From Podarcis gaigeae (taxonomy: Eukaryota): DNA of 64,000 bases. Position numbers and translations under genes: made by a program. Below, one piece after another: positions 1 through 13,896 of the stretch. The notes beneath the pieces are model-generated. The model was not told where the DNA came from and ran no database searches. It saw only the letters and a program-made list of their open reading frames with translations. Where the stretch lies: the NCBI GenBank assembly GCA_964106915.2, contig OZ066924.1, one strand, 5' to 3'. The first letter of the stretch is position 1. Every line of letters starts with the position of its first letter.

Positions 1-2140
1 AGCACCTGCTCATTTGAAAGGAATAAACTAAACTACCAGGCGTAATTGATTGTGTGAATCCTTTGTTTCTCTGCCCTTGTGGTTAATGCTCAACATAATG
101 TCAATGGACCTTGCATTCTTTACTCTGTCCTGGTTTACCCCACCTTAGCATCCACAAAACAAAATGGGGAAAAAATATTAAATAGGTATGATGCCAGTTG
201 CTAAATGGCATTTATGGATAATAATGGATTTAGAGAACAATTTCCATACGAGGTTTTCACCACTACCAATCTCTTTCATTGACTTGAGAGAATGGAAAAT
301 AGTTATTTTTGCAAGCTAGGAACTCTCTTACAGCATGTGCACATAATATATAGTTTTTAATAATAACCTCTGCCATATAGCATAGACTGGTTTTGGAGCG
401 AAGACAACCAGATGAAACTTGGCTTTGGCTGGAGCAGAATCAGCCAATTTCAAGGCAGATTAGTGTCAGTACAGTGTAACTGGCTAAGGGGGGAAAATGA
501 ATATTTAAGGAGAAGCTGAACAGATCAAGAACAGGGGAATCTGCATGAGGTCACTTTTATACTGGACACAAAATATTTTATTTGGCTACTAACTTTTCTG
601 ATTCTTCCATAATTCTAAGCCGTCTTCATGTGCTGAAGACCTATCTGATTTGTTTTGAATTCTGACAGCATAGATGTGATTCTGTGTCTTTTCTGACCAC
701 ATAAGCAGCAAGCGAGTTTTCTTCCTAAGAGTCTTCTCAGATGATTATTTCAATTTGCTTGTCCGCTTTGTAGCTAAGACTTTTTTTTTTAAAGAAGTGA
801 GAGGTGGAGGGCCATTGTGTGTTGTTTCCCTTCATTTTGCTCAAATATGTAAAATTACCTAGTCCTCCGAATTTGTTTGGTTTTGATTAATGTCTTATTT
901 GTTCAGTGGTTTGCCTGCTGGTGTTTGCCATCACACAGCTGGCTGCTGTTAACTTTAGACTGTCTTGGATCTGACCCATCTTTTCCTCTGTCACAGATTT
1001 GACAAAGCCGGCAAATCTCAAAAGAAACCAACTGGTCAATTCTTGTGAAGGATGGGGAACTTGCTCCCACTGCTGTCACCCAACTGTAGATGTTGGTATC
1101 TTCATATACCACCAAACCTTCTGAAATGTGCAAGGGTGCCTACAAGATTTTCTAGACCTGATGTGCTGCATGACTCAGACTTTACGAATTGGCTAAAAAC
1201 ACTGAAAGGTGATAGCAGGCTTTTTTTCCCCTCCCCAGGCAGTTTATTGGAATGGTGCCTACATTTTTATTTTGTTGTATTATGACGTATTGTGACTCTT
1301 GTTCTATCACAGCAAATGACGAAAGTTCCTACTTCCTGTATCCACTGATGGCAATGCAAATGTGGAAGAGCTGCCTTGCCAGTTTTTAAGAAACGATGGC
1401 AGGTTATTGAGCTATAGGACGGGGATGGCTAAATCCACAATTCAGGGGGGGTCATATTCCTCCCCTGCAAATTTTCTCCTCCCTCATCAAAGACCCACCA
1501 ATTTTAGTGGAAGGTGCAATTTCTTTTTTAAAAAAATAAAATAAAAATAAATTAGAAACAGTACTCCCTGACTAACTGATTATCTTGTTGATCAGATACA
1601 GGGTTATAACCATCTCTGCTCTGCCGACCTGCCCATTTTGGCATATAAACCATATATACATAAATAATAAGAGGGCACGTTTGTGCCTGTTTGTGTTTAT
1701 ATACTAGCATACAGTATATTATGTACTAATGTACAGTGTATATTAATGGTAATATATAAAACTAGATATTATCAATATCCTTCACTAGGTACCTACTTAA
1801 ATTTGTACTTTCTAAGGCAGCTGTTATATCCTTATCTAAGTTCACTTCCCAAATTAGAAACGCAGATGCCAATTACTCTCTAATTCCACCTCCGTTAGTT
1901 TTCCCAGAATGACTCAAACTTCAAGATTTTATGTACTCCCTCTGGTCAGGGACTCACTGGACGGTACAACCCACGCCTGTTTAAATATCTTGCCTAGGAA
2001 GGAATATTAGTAACCAGAATACAGTTCTTATAATATTCTGGGTACAAGTGAATTTAAAAAACAACAACACTTTTTCACAACTTTGTGAAAGGACAGCTGG
2101 GATGGCTCCATAATTTCCTCCTCCCAAGCCCATCTGGTCA

Positions 2141-4158
2141 GTTTAGTTTAGTGTGATTTATTACGGCCATTGGCCCATATCTAAAACAATACATCAAAAT
2201 TTATCCATAAACAATACAATTTAAACAGTTCCAAGTTAAAACACCCATATAAAACCAATTTTACTTCAATTAAGTAAACACTATACACAATAGGCTCCCT
2301 CTATGTCAACCGCAATTCAAATCCCTCATATTTTGGGGGATATGCGTCTTAGTTCTGGCACTTATTGATGGTTCTTAAGTTTGGCTAAGCTGTCAGAGTC
2401 ATACAGTGATCCATTTCTCCTCTTATGAAATAAGACATTAATCAGGTATCTAGCGACTGCAAGGGATCTACTTGAGTCTTCGTCGTTTAATAAGTATATT
2501 ATTTGGGCTTCCTGAGGTCTGTCAGCAATTCTCGATAAATATGGGGCCAGAAACTTGGACCGTGAAGCCGAATGTAAAGGACAACAGAAGATTATATGAT
2601 ATAATGATTCTATACATCTGTCCGTTGGAGAGTCTGTTACCCAACACATTTGATGGGAAAACATTGAATCTAGCCTTTATAAGGGCATACCTGTGCATCA
2701 CCACAGATAAGGTAGTTAAATAAGATGGAAGTTTCGTTGGTGGTGTTAAGCCAAGGTTTATCGGCGAACTGGTGCCACCACCTGTCGCAATTTTAAATTG
2801 TAAATCCATCTCCTCTAATTTGTGAGTTATAATTCTCTTGGCAGAAATTAAATCCAATTTTAGTAGTTCAGATGGAGCTAGTCCTAAGGACACAAGTTTC
2901 CCATGTATTATTTTTGCCCAAGGGCTAGGGAAGTCGTCTCTCCAGAGACACTGTATCAAGTGGAGATTTGGAAGTTTATGCCATAATGCCAACCAGTAAC
3001 AGAGGATGCATTTCCATAATGTGGTTTCTAGAGATGTAACATTTAGTTCGAACCGTATAGCAGTATTGCCTACACACCTGGGTAATTTTAGCAACCTTCT
3101 TAGCAGCTGGTTTTGGATTACCTCCAATTGGGTTAGATTAACAAAGGACCCCCATGTTGGGATTGCATATGCTATTGTTGCAATCACCTTTGTCTTGAAA
3201 ACTTTTAACACTGATGGAATATGGAAAGCCCCATCTGAAAAGAAAAAACGCAGTAGCGCAAAGGAAAGGGCTTTAGCTCTATTTATTACATATGCAAGAT
3301 GGACCTTCCAGCCCATGTTGTAGAAGGACTCCCAAGTATTGAAATTTAAAGACTTGGTCAATGGCTTGGTCCAATTATAGGTTTTTCGACTTTGGACTTG
3401 GCATGATTAATTGTAAGAAAATTTGATTTGCAGTAAGCATCAAAATTTTTTAGTGCCCTCCTAAGGCCAACTCTTGAGAAAGATAGGATCACTGTGTCGT
3501 CTGCGTAGAGTAGAAGGGGGCAACGATATTGGGCAAGACGGGGGGCGTGGATCGTTTCTTGAGAATCTATCAGAGGCGCCCTCATATCACTTATAAATAG
3601 ATTAAAAAGGGTCGGAGCAAGGATACATCCTTGACGGACACCTCTATTGATGGTTACTGAATTTGAGAGGTCACCGGCCGGAGTGATTCTCACCCTAGCG
3701 GCCGATCCGTCATGCAATTTAGTTATTAGCCACAAAAGTCTTTTGTCTATTCCCATCGTGCTAATTTCCCCCAAAGTAATCCTCTGGGGATGCTGTCAAA
3801 AGCGGCCTTTAAATCAATAAAGGCCGCACAAAGTTGGCCTCTATTTGGGGCAGAATATTTCCGGGCAAGGTGGTATAAAACTAAGACATGATCAACCGCT
3901 GACTGATTCGGTCTAAAACCAGCCTGTTCAGGCCCAATCAGGTTGTTCTCTTCGGCCCACTTAGTAAGCTTAGTTAACAAGAACCGTGCATATATTTTCC
4001 CAATTATTGACAATAAACTGATATTCCTGTAATTTCCCGGATCATCTGTCGTGCCCTTTTTATGAATTGGAATAATAATCGCATCCTTCCATATTCTTGG
4101 AACCTTCCCACTGTTGTTTACGGCATCAAAAGTAACGGCCAGGATTTTCGCCCACCAA
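2141..4158 (-). mobile_element. 5'-truncated non-LTR retrotransposon, RTE-X-like LINE, with 12-bp TSD
   Basis: TSD CCCATCTGGTCA at 2129-2140 and 4159-4170. The minus-strand 3' end reads ...GGCCAATGGCCGTAATAAATCACACTAAACTAAAC (polyA signal plus short repeat tail). RT motifs lie in ORFs 3747-4211, 3358-3774 and 2522-3361. Clade assignment is from motif style only. Confidence 0.85.
2362..4158 (-). pseudogene. Frameshifted reverse transcriptase and C-terminal domain of the RTE-X-like LINE
   Basis: Motifs PIHKKG..PGNYRNISLLS, EQAGFR, FIDLKAAFDS, GVRQGCILAPTLFNLF and YADD; FQYLG in a shifted frame; C-terminal ESLYHIIFCCPLH zinc-knuckle remnant. Split over four ORFs by frameshifts or deletions. Confidence 0.9.
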
Positions 4159-4842
4159 CCCATCTGGTCAATCTCTCTGCTTAGGAGCCAAGTTGAACAT
4201 AGGTTGAACAATCCAGTTGGTAGGGTTGGAGAATGCCCTGAACCATTTGGATCAGCTCCACTAAAGGCGCTCTGTGTAACCAGTGAGGAATTTCTTTGCT
4301 GCCACCACCACCACGCAGAGTAGGGCTTGATAATGAAGTTCTAACTGCGTTTTCTGACAGTCATATTCACAGAAAGGGTTTTGCCGCTTACATGGAAGGT
4401 ATATACTGGAAGATTCTGATGTAAGCAACAAGTTCATAGTGACAGCTGCCAGTGAGCACTCTTACAGCCGGCACACAATTTTATAGCTTTATAAATCCCA
4501 CTGATGTCAGCTGAGCTCACATTGGTTCTCTAAGAAAGAGGCTGCTGTTTAGATTTGCTACTTTCTTTCGCACTGGCGGAGAAGGTGGCGGCAGTGGCAG
4601 AAAGAGCTATGAAGCTCCCCGTAATCTTTTTCATTTGGCAAGTCTGGTTTTGGATACCAGAAAAACCAATCTCCCTCACCTGTCCCTCATGTGAAAATGT
4701 TTGGTAATTAGGATTGATCTATACCTGACAGTGGTTAACTTTTACTTCTTAGGAATATTTACTATTACTTATTTCTAAGTAATTGGAACTAAAGGCTGTA
4801 CACTTCCTCTCATATGCGTCTTGTTCGTATCCAAAGATAAGC

Positions 4843-4932
4843 GCTCTCTCTGTCTCTGTCTCTGTCTCTGTGTTTGTGTGTGTGTTCTCTCTCTCTCTCA
4901 CTCTCACTCTCTCTCTCACACACACACACACA
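4843..4932. repeat. Compound microsatellite (CTCTGT)n/(GT)n/(CT)n/(CA)n
   Basis: Directly visible. Confidence 0.9.
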
Positions 4933-6649
4933 AATGAAAATGGCGAGTGGGGAGAGAATTATTTATGATCTCTTTAATTGCTTTGGATAATCTCTGGAGC
5001 AATTCTTTGTATCCTCACAAGAAATAAATATTAAGTTTACATTTATTATGTGATAGCAACGTTACTGAGAAAAGTTCAGATAAGCTAGTAGGGTGTTCAA
5101 CTATCCTCAAAAAGTATTTTCATTTTAATCTATAAATCTGTGGCTCACAGATTCTGAAATCTAACTTTACAGATTTGTTTAACAGCCCATAGCACTACAG
5201 GATTTTAAATAGACTATCTATATTCAATAACCTTTTTTAAAAAAAAAAAATATGAAGGGGTGGATCATCTGCATTGTCATAATGAGAGGAGAAAAGATAC
5301 CAACGGTTTTCAAGGAAATTCTGCTTCAGAAGTGAAATTCTTTGCTGTCACATGTTATAACCAATGTTGCTTTAGAACAGAGTGTGCTTGCTTACATGAA
5401 AAATGCCTTGATTATTTTTCTGAGCTTGCAGGATAACAAGAAAGGCATTCAGTTTGAGAACTGAGCTGTGTTCTTAGAAGGCACAATGGGTATGATCCTG
5501 CTTCTGTTGACATCTGTAATATTATTCCTATTGACTAGTGGAACTATGATTTTTTTTATTATTATTATTTTCTTACAACTTGTTTTGAAGCTGCCTGATT
5601 TGCAGCTTTGAGGTCTCTGGCAGGACTTCAAAAGAGCAAATATCTCTTCAAGTTAAGCAGTGGCTTGTGAAATGTATCCATTTGCATTCTTAGTATATTT
5701 GATAATTTTCTCTATGTATTCTTGGCAAATTGTTGCTTTTTTTGTTCTGCATTTTCTGTTTCCGAATTTGAAGCACTTTTCTTTTGCCAGGTACACAAAC
5801 TTTGTTGACCTAGTAATTACAGCAGCCATCAACCAGTGCAGAACAATTTATGGTATAAAACAGTATTAACTTGCATATTGTGTGCCTGATAACTTTTTTA
5901 TCTTTTTGCAGTTCTCAGGTATTGTTATGAAGCAGAGAATATTATGATTACTTTGCAGTGTAAAATTTAAGGCTTGACACTGTCTATGAGAAGGTTGAAG
6001 GAACAAACAGGATTACTTTGGGGACATCGGAAATGGAAATAAGCTAATCTTGGTAAAAAAAGTTTTGCTTGGAAGTGGTGGCAAAGTTGTGTGATGCTTG
6101 TTACTTAGTGAACCATCTTGCAAGTGTCTGTGAGGACTGGCTTAATATTTTTAGCATGCTGACTTCCACTTGCTTATTGGTCATTTCTGATGCAGCATTT
6201 TAAAGGAGTGGAGCAGTTTATATTGTCTGCCACTATACCAGAGCGTCTACCTTCCCTGTTTAATCAAATACCAAGTGACAAGTATAACTTCAATGTCTAA
6301 GAAGGAGGCTGAGGTTATTTAGAGCTCCTGGCCAAGAAGATTGCATAATGTTCTTGGGAAGGAGAAATCGAGCACCACTTCTACAGATGTAGTCTGACAT
6401 AATTTCACCACTGGCAAGTCACAAATCTTTGATGGTAAAAGAGGAACTGTGTGTCTTAAACTATTGGTAGACAAAAATTTGCATGTCTGTTGCACTGAAT
6501 TGAGTTCTCTAGATTTCCCAAAGAAGTAACTGCAGCATTAACAGTGAAAAATCACAAACAGAAAAATGACTGTTTAAAAATAACGAATAGTCATTCATCA
6601 TGAAGATTTATCTGATTCAGTTTTGGAGAGGTGTATGAAATCCTTGGGG

Positions 6650-6815
6650 AATGACCATAGTTCAGGGTCCCAGGTTCAAGCCCTGGTGTCTTCAGGTAGA
6701 ATAGGGAAAAGCTCCTGACTAAAATCTTGGAGAGCTTTTTCCGGACAGAGTAGAAACAGTACTGAACTAGATGGACCAATGATGTGTTTCAAGATAAGGC
6801 AGTTTGCCGAGTTTA
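6650..6815 (+). mobile_element. Squam3-like tRNA-derived SINE, degraded
   Basis: GTCCCAGGTTCAAGCCCTGG B-box region and ...ACTGAACTAGATGGACCAATG...ATAAGGCAG tail, matching the copies at 49653 and 56404. Confidence 0.75.
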
Positions 6816-8861
6816 ATCTAAAAGTTAGGTACATCATAAAGAGTTGACTTTATGAATTTTCTTTTGCTCATAGAAATCCTGAAAACATGTTTGCGCAATT
6901 TGCCTCCTGCCAGGCCGGAAACACCTCACCCGCACTACATATTCCATCGTGCTGGGTGTTCAGTAAAACGAATGTCATGCAGGGTGGGTTAAGCACCTGT
7001 TCTTATTTTGTAAGCACATAAGTGTTCGTACACCCCTCTTAATTTGCTTATTCTCATGCCATACATCTGGCAGATGAAGCTGTTTACAGAGTGGATTATC
7101 TCCCTGGGTTGTTTTACGCACACAAATATGCATTTCCTTAAGGCCTTAACTCTGTAGCCTAATTTATACAGATAGCCTGCCTTCTGCATTGACACTTGAA
7201 ACACAATGGTGCGAAACACACAATTGATGTGAAGTGGCATTATACTGTTTCAGTATTTCAAAGTATGTGAATTCAGATGATGAAAACAATGAGCACATTT
7301 GTTCCTGTTTCTCAGACAGGGACTTGCACCTGACACCTTTTACACCAGATTTTTTTTTTAGAACTACAATGCCTATTCATTGAAATGAAGAAACTGTTTG
7401 ACAAGGCCAGACTGGTACTCAGGAGATGCCTGAGACCCAGAAGAAAAAGTGACAAAATATTGTGTGTTGTTGTTTACAGCTCCCAGCCAAAGCCACTTCA
7501 ATGTATCATCAATGTTCTACAGTCCTAGATAATATTTTTCTCTCATATGTCAGGCCTTTCGTGGCTTACACCTAACTACATCATCTAATATAGATACTTA
7601 GCTATGGATCACCCAAGACAGATACAGACACATTGACTAGGTTAGGTTAGTCTCTACACAAAAAGTCAAATGAAAAGATAGCAACATTCAAAATGAATAG
7701 AATATAATTTCAGTCACTCACAAGACTCTGTTCCTGACCTCATTCGTCATACTCCCAACAAAGGGAGGCTCCAGTGTGAAATTGCTGAGCTGGGATTTGT
7801 CAGGAAATTGTTCTATTCAAGCTTAATTGGGTCTCTGCATTTCTTTCTCATTACAGCTGTAAAATTAAAACAGTATAACTAGAAAGATGGTATTATTGCA
7901 GATATTACGGTTGTGAATGTTCACCGTTTCTTCATGTATACATGTGGGATCTGCATAGAAATGTCAAACTGCTAACTAGTGCCTTTCATGTCTTCTGGTA
8001 TCCACTATTTTTATTTTATTGTATGCATTCATTTTAGGGGAACAGACCTACAGGGGGGCTAAACAGGGAGAGGCTGGTTGGCCCTGTCTTGGGCCCTGCC
8101 TGGCCTGCTCTCCCAGACAGAAATGAGTGTTTGTGTTTTGTCTGCATCAATTGGAGAGTTGGGCTGATTGCATTGTGTGGTATTGTTTGGTTTCTGGCTG
8201 AGTGGTTACAGCTGGGATGTGGGTGTGGTCCAGAGCCTGCCTAAGGACAGGGTCTGCAGTAGGCAACCCTTTTGGGACATGATTTTGGTGAGGTGCAAGG
8301 GTGCCCTCCCTGTCAGCGAGGATACAGAATTGTAGCCTAGGCACTGTGGACCTCAGGCCTGTGATTCTTACCCAGGGTGAGAACCTGGGAGGGTGGAGGT
8401 TTGGATTGGTAAGCATTTATTCTGAGTAAGGGACACTGAGAGGAGTGGTGGCATTAAAATCTTCTGCCTGACAGTGTGCGATGTGCCTACTACTGGGCCT
8501 TAGTTTATTATCTATGGCCCAAATTTCTCAGTTGTATTTGGCAATGCCAGATAACAGTGCTCGAATAGGTCTGTGTGGGCAGGTAGCAGGGACTTATAAA
8601 GATTTTGTTCTAATATTGACCATTCTAATTACAAATGGGATCTGGAACATAGCTGGCAGGGGAAGGGATCTCTGGCATGGTTGGAGAACCCCAGGACGGT
8701 AATTCTGGGTAAATTAAGTATCCATGCAGAGGCTGAAAACTGGGTAGCGTATACAATCATGCCTACCTTGTGGCAGGGTGAACTGTGAAGCAGGCTCATT
8801 TTGCAGCTTGCATTGCATCTTCTAGTAGCTGGCCAGCAAAGTTGTTTTGGAAGGTCCAAAG

Positions 8862-9047
8862 CATGGGTAGGCAAACTAAGGCCAGGGGCTGGATCTGGCC
8901 CAATTGCCGCCTAAATCCGGCCCGTGGATGGTCTGGGAATCAGTGTGTTTTCACATGAGTAGAATGTGTCCTTTTATTTAAAATGCATCTCTGGGTTATT
9001 TGTGGGGCCTGCCTGGTGTTTCTACATGAGTAGAATGTGTGCTTTTA
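8862..9047 (-). mobile_element. Truncated hAT (Charlie-like) MITE, same family as 22188-22420
   Basis: CATGGGTAGGCAAAC end; internal GGGAATCAGTGTGTTTT..CATGAGTAGAATGTGT..AAAATGCATCTCTGGGTTATTTGTGGGGC is the reverse complement of the 22188 copy. Confidence 0.8.
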
Positions 9048-9079
9048 TGAAGACAGGAGTGCCTGGCGTGCTCTGGTCC
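9048..9079 (+). mobile_element. Short RTE/BovB 3'-region fragment
   Basis: GAAGACAGGAGTGCCTGGCGTGCTCTGGTCC resembles the squamate BovB 3' region. Confidence 0.6.
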
Positions 9080-11521
9080 TGTACTTCTCAGCCATAGAAC
9101 ATTTCATCGTGAAGGAAAACCCACTCTTCGTTATATTGCTTCCTCTGAAATTCTATTGAGGACATTGCTTCTCTTATCTAATGTGTATTAAACAATAATT
9201 GGAATGGTATCCTTTCCTCTTCCTCTTATTGCACGTATTTACAGATAGTTGAAGAAACATTAGGATGCTTATTTTGCTGTTGCAGTATATCTTTCCCACT
9301 CTGCACTTAAAAATAGTTATTCATAAGTGTAAACAGATAAAGGTATCTTCAACCCTGGAGACGGTTATGATGATAAAAGTCAGTTTTTAGTTTATGTAAT
9401 CAGCCATGACAGTTGGATGGAGAGTGAAGGCTCATTTTGTGAACTGCTATCACTGCAATCTAAGAGGGTGGTTTTTTTGGTTAAAGTCTTTGTTCATGGC
9501 AGAAGAAGAAAATCCATAGCAATAAATCACTGAATACCAGGTGCTCTGTTGGTAGGGGAAATGATTTTCTCCACTTGATCAAAGAGATCAGCTTTATATT
9601 GCGGGAAAGTACAAACAAGGGCGTAAGTTGCATTAGAGCTACTACTGGACCCGGTTCAAGGTATTAGTGCTACGTTCACACGCTATTTAGGGTTTGTCCT
9701 TAAGCCTGCATCTGCCAAGATCAACCATCTCTGACCCTTTGGTTGGCAGGGGAGGCTTTTATTGGTGGTGTCACTGCTGGGTGTTGTCCGGCAAGTGCTG
9801 ACCCATGACTAGGCTGCCTTGGTACTGTTCCATATATATACTGCTGTGCTTGTGAGGTGCACTGAGAAACCAGAGGGTGGTATCAATGTGCAAGTGTAAA
9901 GTGGGATTGAGTTGAGTGGAGGGGAGTAGAATGTTGTATCCTGGAAGACAACATGGTGGGTTGGCTGGAGCACTGAACAAAACCATTCCACATGGCAAGA
10001 TTTTTTTCAGGTATCACTTAACAGAAATAACAAAGGAACGCCGCCCCCCCCTGACATGGATTTTGTAAAAAGTGTTATTGGATTCCTAACTGGGTTACCC
10101 CCAGATATTTAGTGTACCTCTAAATTAATTTGATGAATAAAGCTGCAGGTTTTGATTGTTAAAAAAGTGATCACTTGACAAAAAAGCACACTGTATCAAT
10201 TAAAGGGAAGTCTGGTACTGTGATGTTCTAGTGTTCATTTCCTTAAACAATTTTCTAAACTGGTTATCTGATTGCCATAACCCTATCAGTTATTAGGTTT
10301 TAGAAGAGCACATTTATTGTGTAGGGATTTAGAGTACGCTTATCTTTCGTTTTATAAAGCTGGGAATGAAAAATTATCTTTATCTGGAAAGGTTGTTCCA
10401 AAGGGTGGGGGTGTATTAAAAGAAGGTAAAATTGACAGTTGTTCTGTTCTTACAGCCAGCTAAATATAGCTAATTTTTGGCTTTCATTCAAGTTACTTAA
10501 GGTTGAGTAACTTGTTTGATTAATATTTCAAGATGGTCCTATAATGGCTGGGTCAGTGTGCATTTAGTGGGTGATTTTTATTATGAGTATTAAGGGACAA
10601 ATGTCTCCATGCATTAGAAGTCACAAAATGCGCAATCAACTGTAGAGGTCTTCTGCAAAATTCATATTTGAACATTCTTGCATCTTACGCAGTTGCAATT
10701 AATTTCACTGAAGATCCCAATAGAAGGGAGAAATTGCTCTCACTGCGTGTAGGAACTTGGCATGCAGAATTCCCTGTAGATGTCTGGGATTCAGTAATTT
10801 TGCTTCCCCTTCTATTGCCATGGTGAAACAGGAGTCAAGCTTTGGAGAACAAGATAAATCTAATGCCTCCTCTGAGCCTGGAGCTGAAGAGGAGACGGAA
10901 CAAAACTTTCTGCCCCCACAGTCCAACAGGTTGGCTGAAATGTGGGATTTGTGTTTTGTGGTTTTTTTTTTTTTTTTGTAGAGCCATGACAAACCTCTGA
11001 CCTCCAACTGGAAGCCAGAAAAGGAAGGTAGAGATTTGCGCACCTGTCAGATGCACAATGTCAATTGAGTGTCAATTGGCTTGCTTTGCGTTTGCATCCA
11101 GTGGACATTGGGTCGAAGGAAGAAGCAGAATTATGTAGCTTTGCCTGTGCTCACAACAGACACTCAGGGTGCATGTTACTCACAAAGGCAGTTCTGAGCT
11201 AGATTGGGAAGGTGAAACTGCCTGGGTTCACTCCATACCCAGTGGTTACTCCAGATTGTAAGTGCCGACTGTGTGCAAAGTCAGAGCAGGCTCTGGCCTT
11301 CTCTAGCTGCTGTTGGGGGGCAGGGACTTGTTTTCTGCCCTCTTTCCTCCAAGATTTAGTTTTCATTCTGGAGAAAAGAGTAGGAAATTTTCTCCTTAAC
11401 TTGTGCTTCTTTTCAGACACTAACTACAAGGTCAGGGACAAGACCATGTAACTTGGTGATGAGAATTTGTTTGCTTGGCTCTGCAGCTGTTTTTGCATAG
11501 TGATGTGGTAAGGATAAATGT

Positions 11522-11525
<4 letters not shown>

Positions 11526-11560
<35 letters not shown>
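11526..11560. repeat. (GT)n microsatellite
   Basis: Directly visible. Confidence 0.95.
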
Positions 11561-11562
<2 letters not shown>

Positions 11563-13896
11563 TCTGATTAGATGTACTAGTTATGAGTTTTTGTATGCAA
11601 GAGGTAAGTTATCTGAGAGATGTTTTCTCTTTGATTAACTACCCATGTCTTCCACTGGACAGACCAATGAAAGACTCTAGTTTCCCATTTTACTGTATTT
11701 AAGGATTAATGGGACATGGTGTCATGCTTTGTCAATGGACAATTTTTCATATTAACATTTTCAAAGAAGAGAAAGTGTCCTGTGCTGTGGCTCTTTACCA
11801 TTTTAAACAGGAATGTCCTTCAAAGTCTTTTCTAGTGATGCTTATAAATCAAAGTGAGAGAAATGGTACATACTGAATTTAAAATTAATGCATTTTTAAT
11901 ATGCAAGTAGGCTTAACTTTTCTCTGCCTTAAGCCCATCAAGATCAAACTCAAGCAGGCGTTCACATCCACAATTGAAACTCACCAACCTTTTTCTTTAA
12001 GTTAACATTGGTCCAAACTCTCCCCACTGCTTTTGTCAATAGATCTTTTAAAGGCAGGCATTAAAGTGGAGTTTGCATTAGTCTTTTTCTCCCAACAGCT
12101 TCAGGCCCAAGGGCTTCTTTTAATAGGCATTAGTAAGGGACCAGAATTGAGTAGACGTTTGTGAAGGAGACTTGAAGTTTGGAACAGAATTGTCCTTTAT
12201 AGTTTTTCCATGGGGGGAAAATCTTCTTATGAGAATAAAGGCTTTAGACTAATCTCCTTCCATCTGGAAAATGGAGAAGCCAGAGGTTGTTGGCACCAGG
12301 TCACATCCCTTATGTAAACTGTCAAATTCTTTTCATATTAATGGCGTATTAGCTTAAACCCAATGAAGGTGGTTTTCATTTATCAGTCTTATTTTGTGTT
12401 TCTTGCAAAATTGGATGATACTGACTGATGATATGTGTTTCGCGGTCTAGTTTGCAAAACAATTTCTCTTGTTTTATAAATTTGTTGACTAGAAGTCACA
12501 TTATCTTGGAGGTTCCCCCCCCTTCTCCCCCCTAACTGACTATTATAGCTAATTAACTTGAAAGGAAGCTTTAGACTGCTATTCCATGCAATGAAATGGT
12601 CTGTGACATATGTAATCTTGGCACTGCAAAGTCCTGGAAGTATGCCAGCATTAAAATATGGAAGATGTGAGGAAATTAGGCGACATAGAAACTTAAGCAA
12701 TCCAATTGATTTAGTAGCATTCCACTCCACACACCCCCTTGCTAATTTTGTCTTGCTAGAAGTTTGGTTGTGGAAGTAAGGAGTCGACATTTTCTTGTAA
12801 TTGACCATATAAAGAGATAGTAATTGTTGATGCCTTGAGTTAGACCTTTTGATAGATAATGTAAGGTTCAGATAGTACAAGGTATACTAAAGCTTACTTA
12901 GTCTTGTTCAAATGTGTGCTCTGCAACAACATTTAATGGTGATAGTGGTCAAATGTGCATGGAATACTTTGTAAGCATAGGGCACAGTTGAACCTCTTTG
13001 GCTTCCTTTTTGCTCTCTTTCATTATTCATTCTTTAGTGAGAATAAACAATTGAGACTGCTGGCATTTTCAGCTTACATACTGCTCAGTAATCACTAGAA
13101 GCCGGTATAGCATAAGCCTGTCTTTTTGCAGTCTTCTCCCCTTGCTCAGGAAACTGTAGCAAGAATCCTAAGGCCAGAAGTTTGTTAGTTTTTGCCCACT
13201 CACTTCTTCTCTGCTCGTTCCTAGGTTGGATGGAAACCAGTATAGTTTTAGGGAGGTTTGTTCAGCTTAAGCTTCACTGGTTTGTTTTGCCTCACTGTGA
13301 CTAACAGGCGGAGAGTTTGCTCAGGAAACTATGGGATGGTTTATCAGTCAATGAGAAGGAAGAATGAATGGTCCTGAAAGATGATCAAAGCTCCTGCCAT
13401 CAGGTTAAGCGACACATATTTTTACACTGGGTTTTTGTCATCTTAGGGGCATTGCTGACTGGAACATATTAGCGGCAGTTTTCCTTAAGTAAGCGTTTCC
13501 AATTGATGATGGTGGGAATGTGCTTTCAAACAATCTCGCTGCTTGTGCTACACCAGATTTTCTGTTAGAGCCCTGAGATACTACGGCAGTGGTGATGAAA
13601 AGGGGGAAATGTAGTGGTGGGCCAGAAAGATGTTGTTATGCAGTATCAATGAAAGTTGTGAAACAGTAGGTTGCTCTCAAATTTTTTGGCAGCTGATGAC
13701 TAAGCTACGTGAATACGGATGTGAACTGAACTTAAAGTTGCCCTTGTCTTAATACCCCCTCCCAAACACTGATAGACACTGTACCATTTGAACTTTTATT
13801 CTCTGATCCTAAACAAGTGTTCTTAGAAGGCAGTCCCTCTGATTTCAGCAGGTTTTAGTTTTGTGTATGTGTCCTTAGGATTTCACTTCTAGCATT

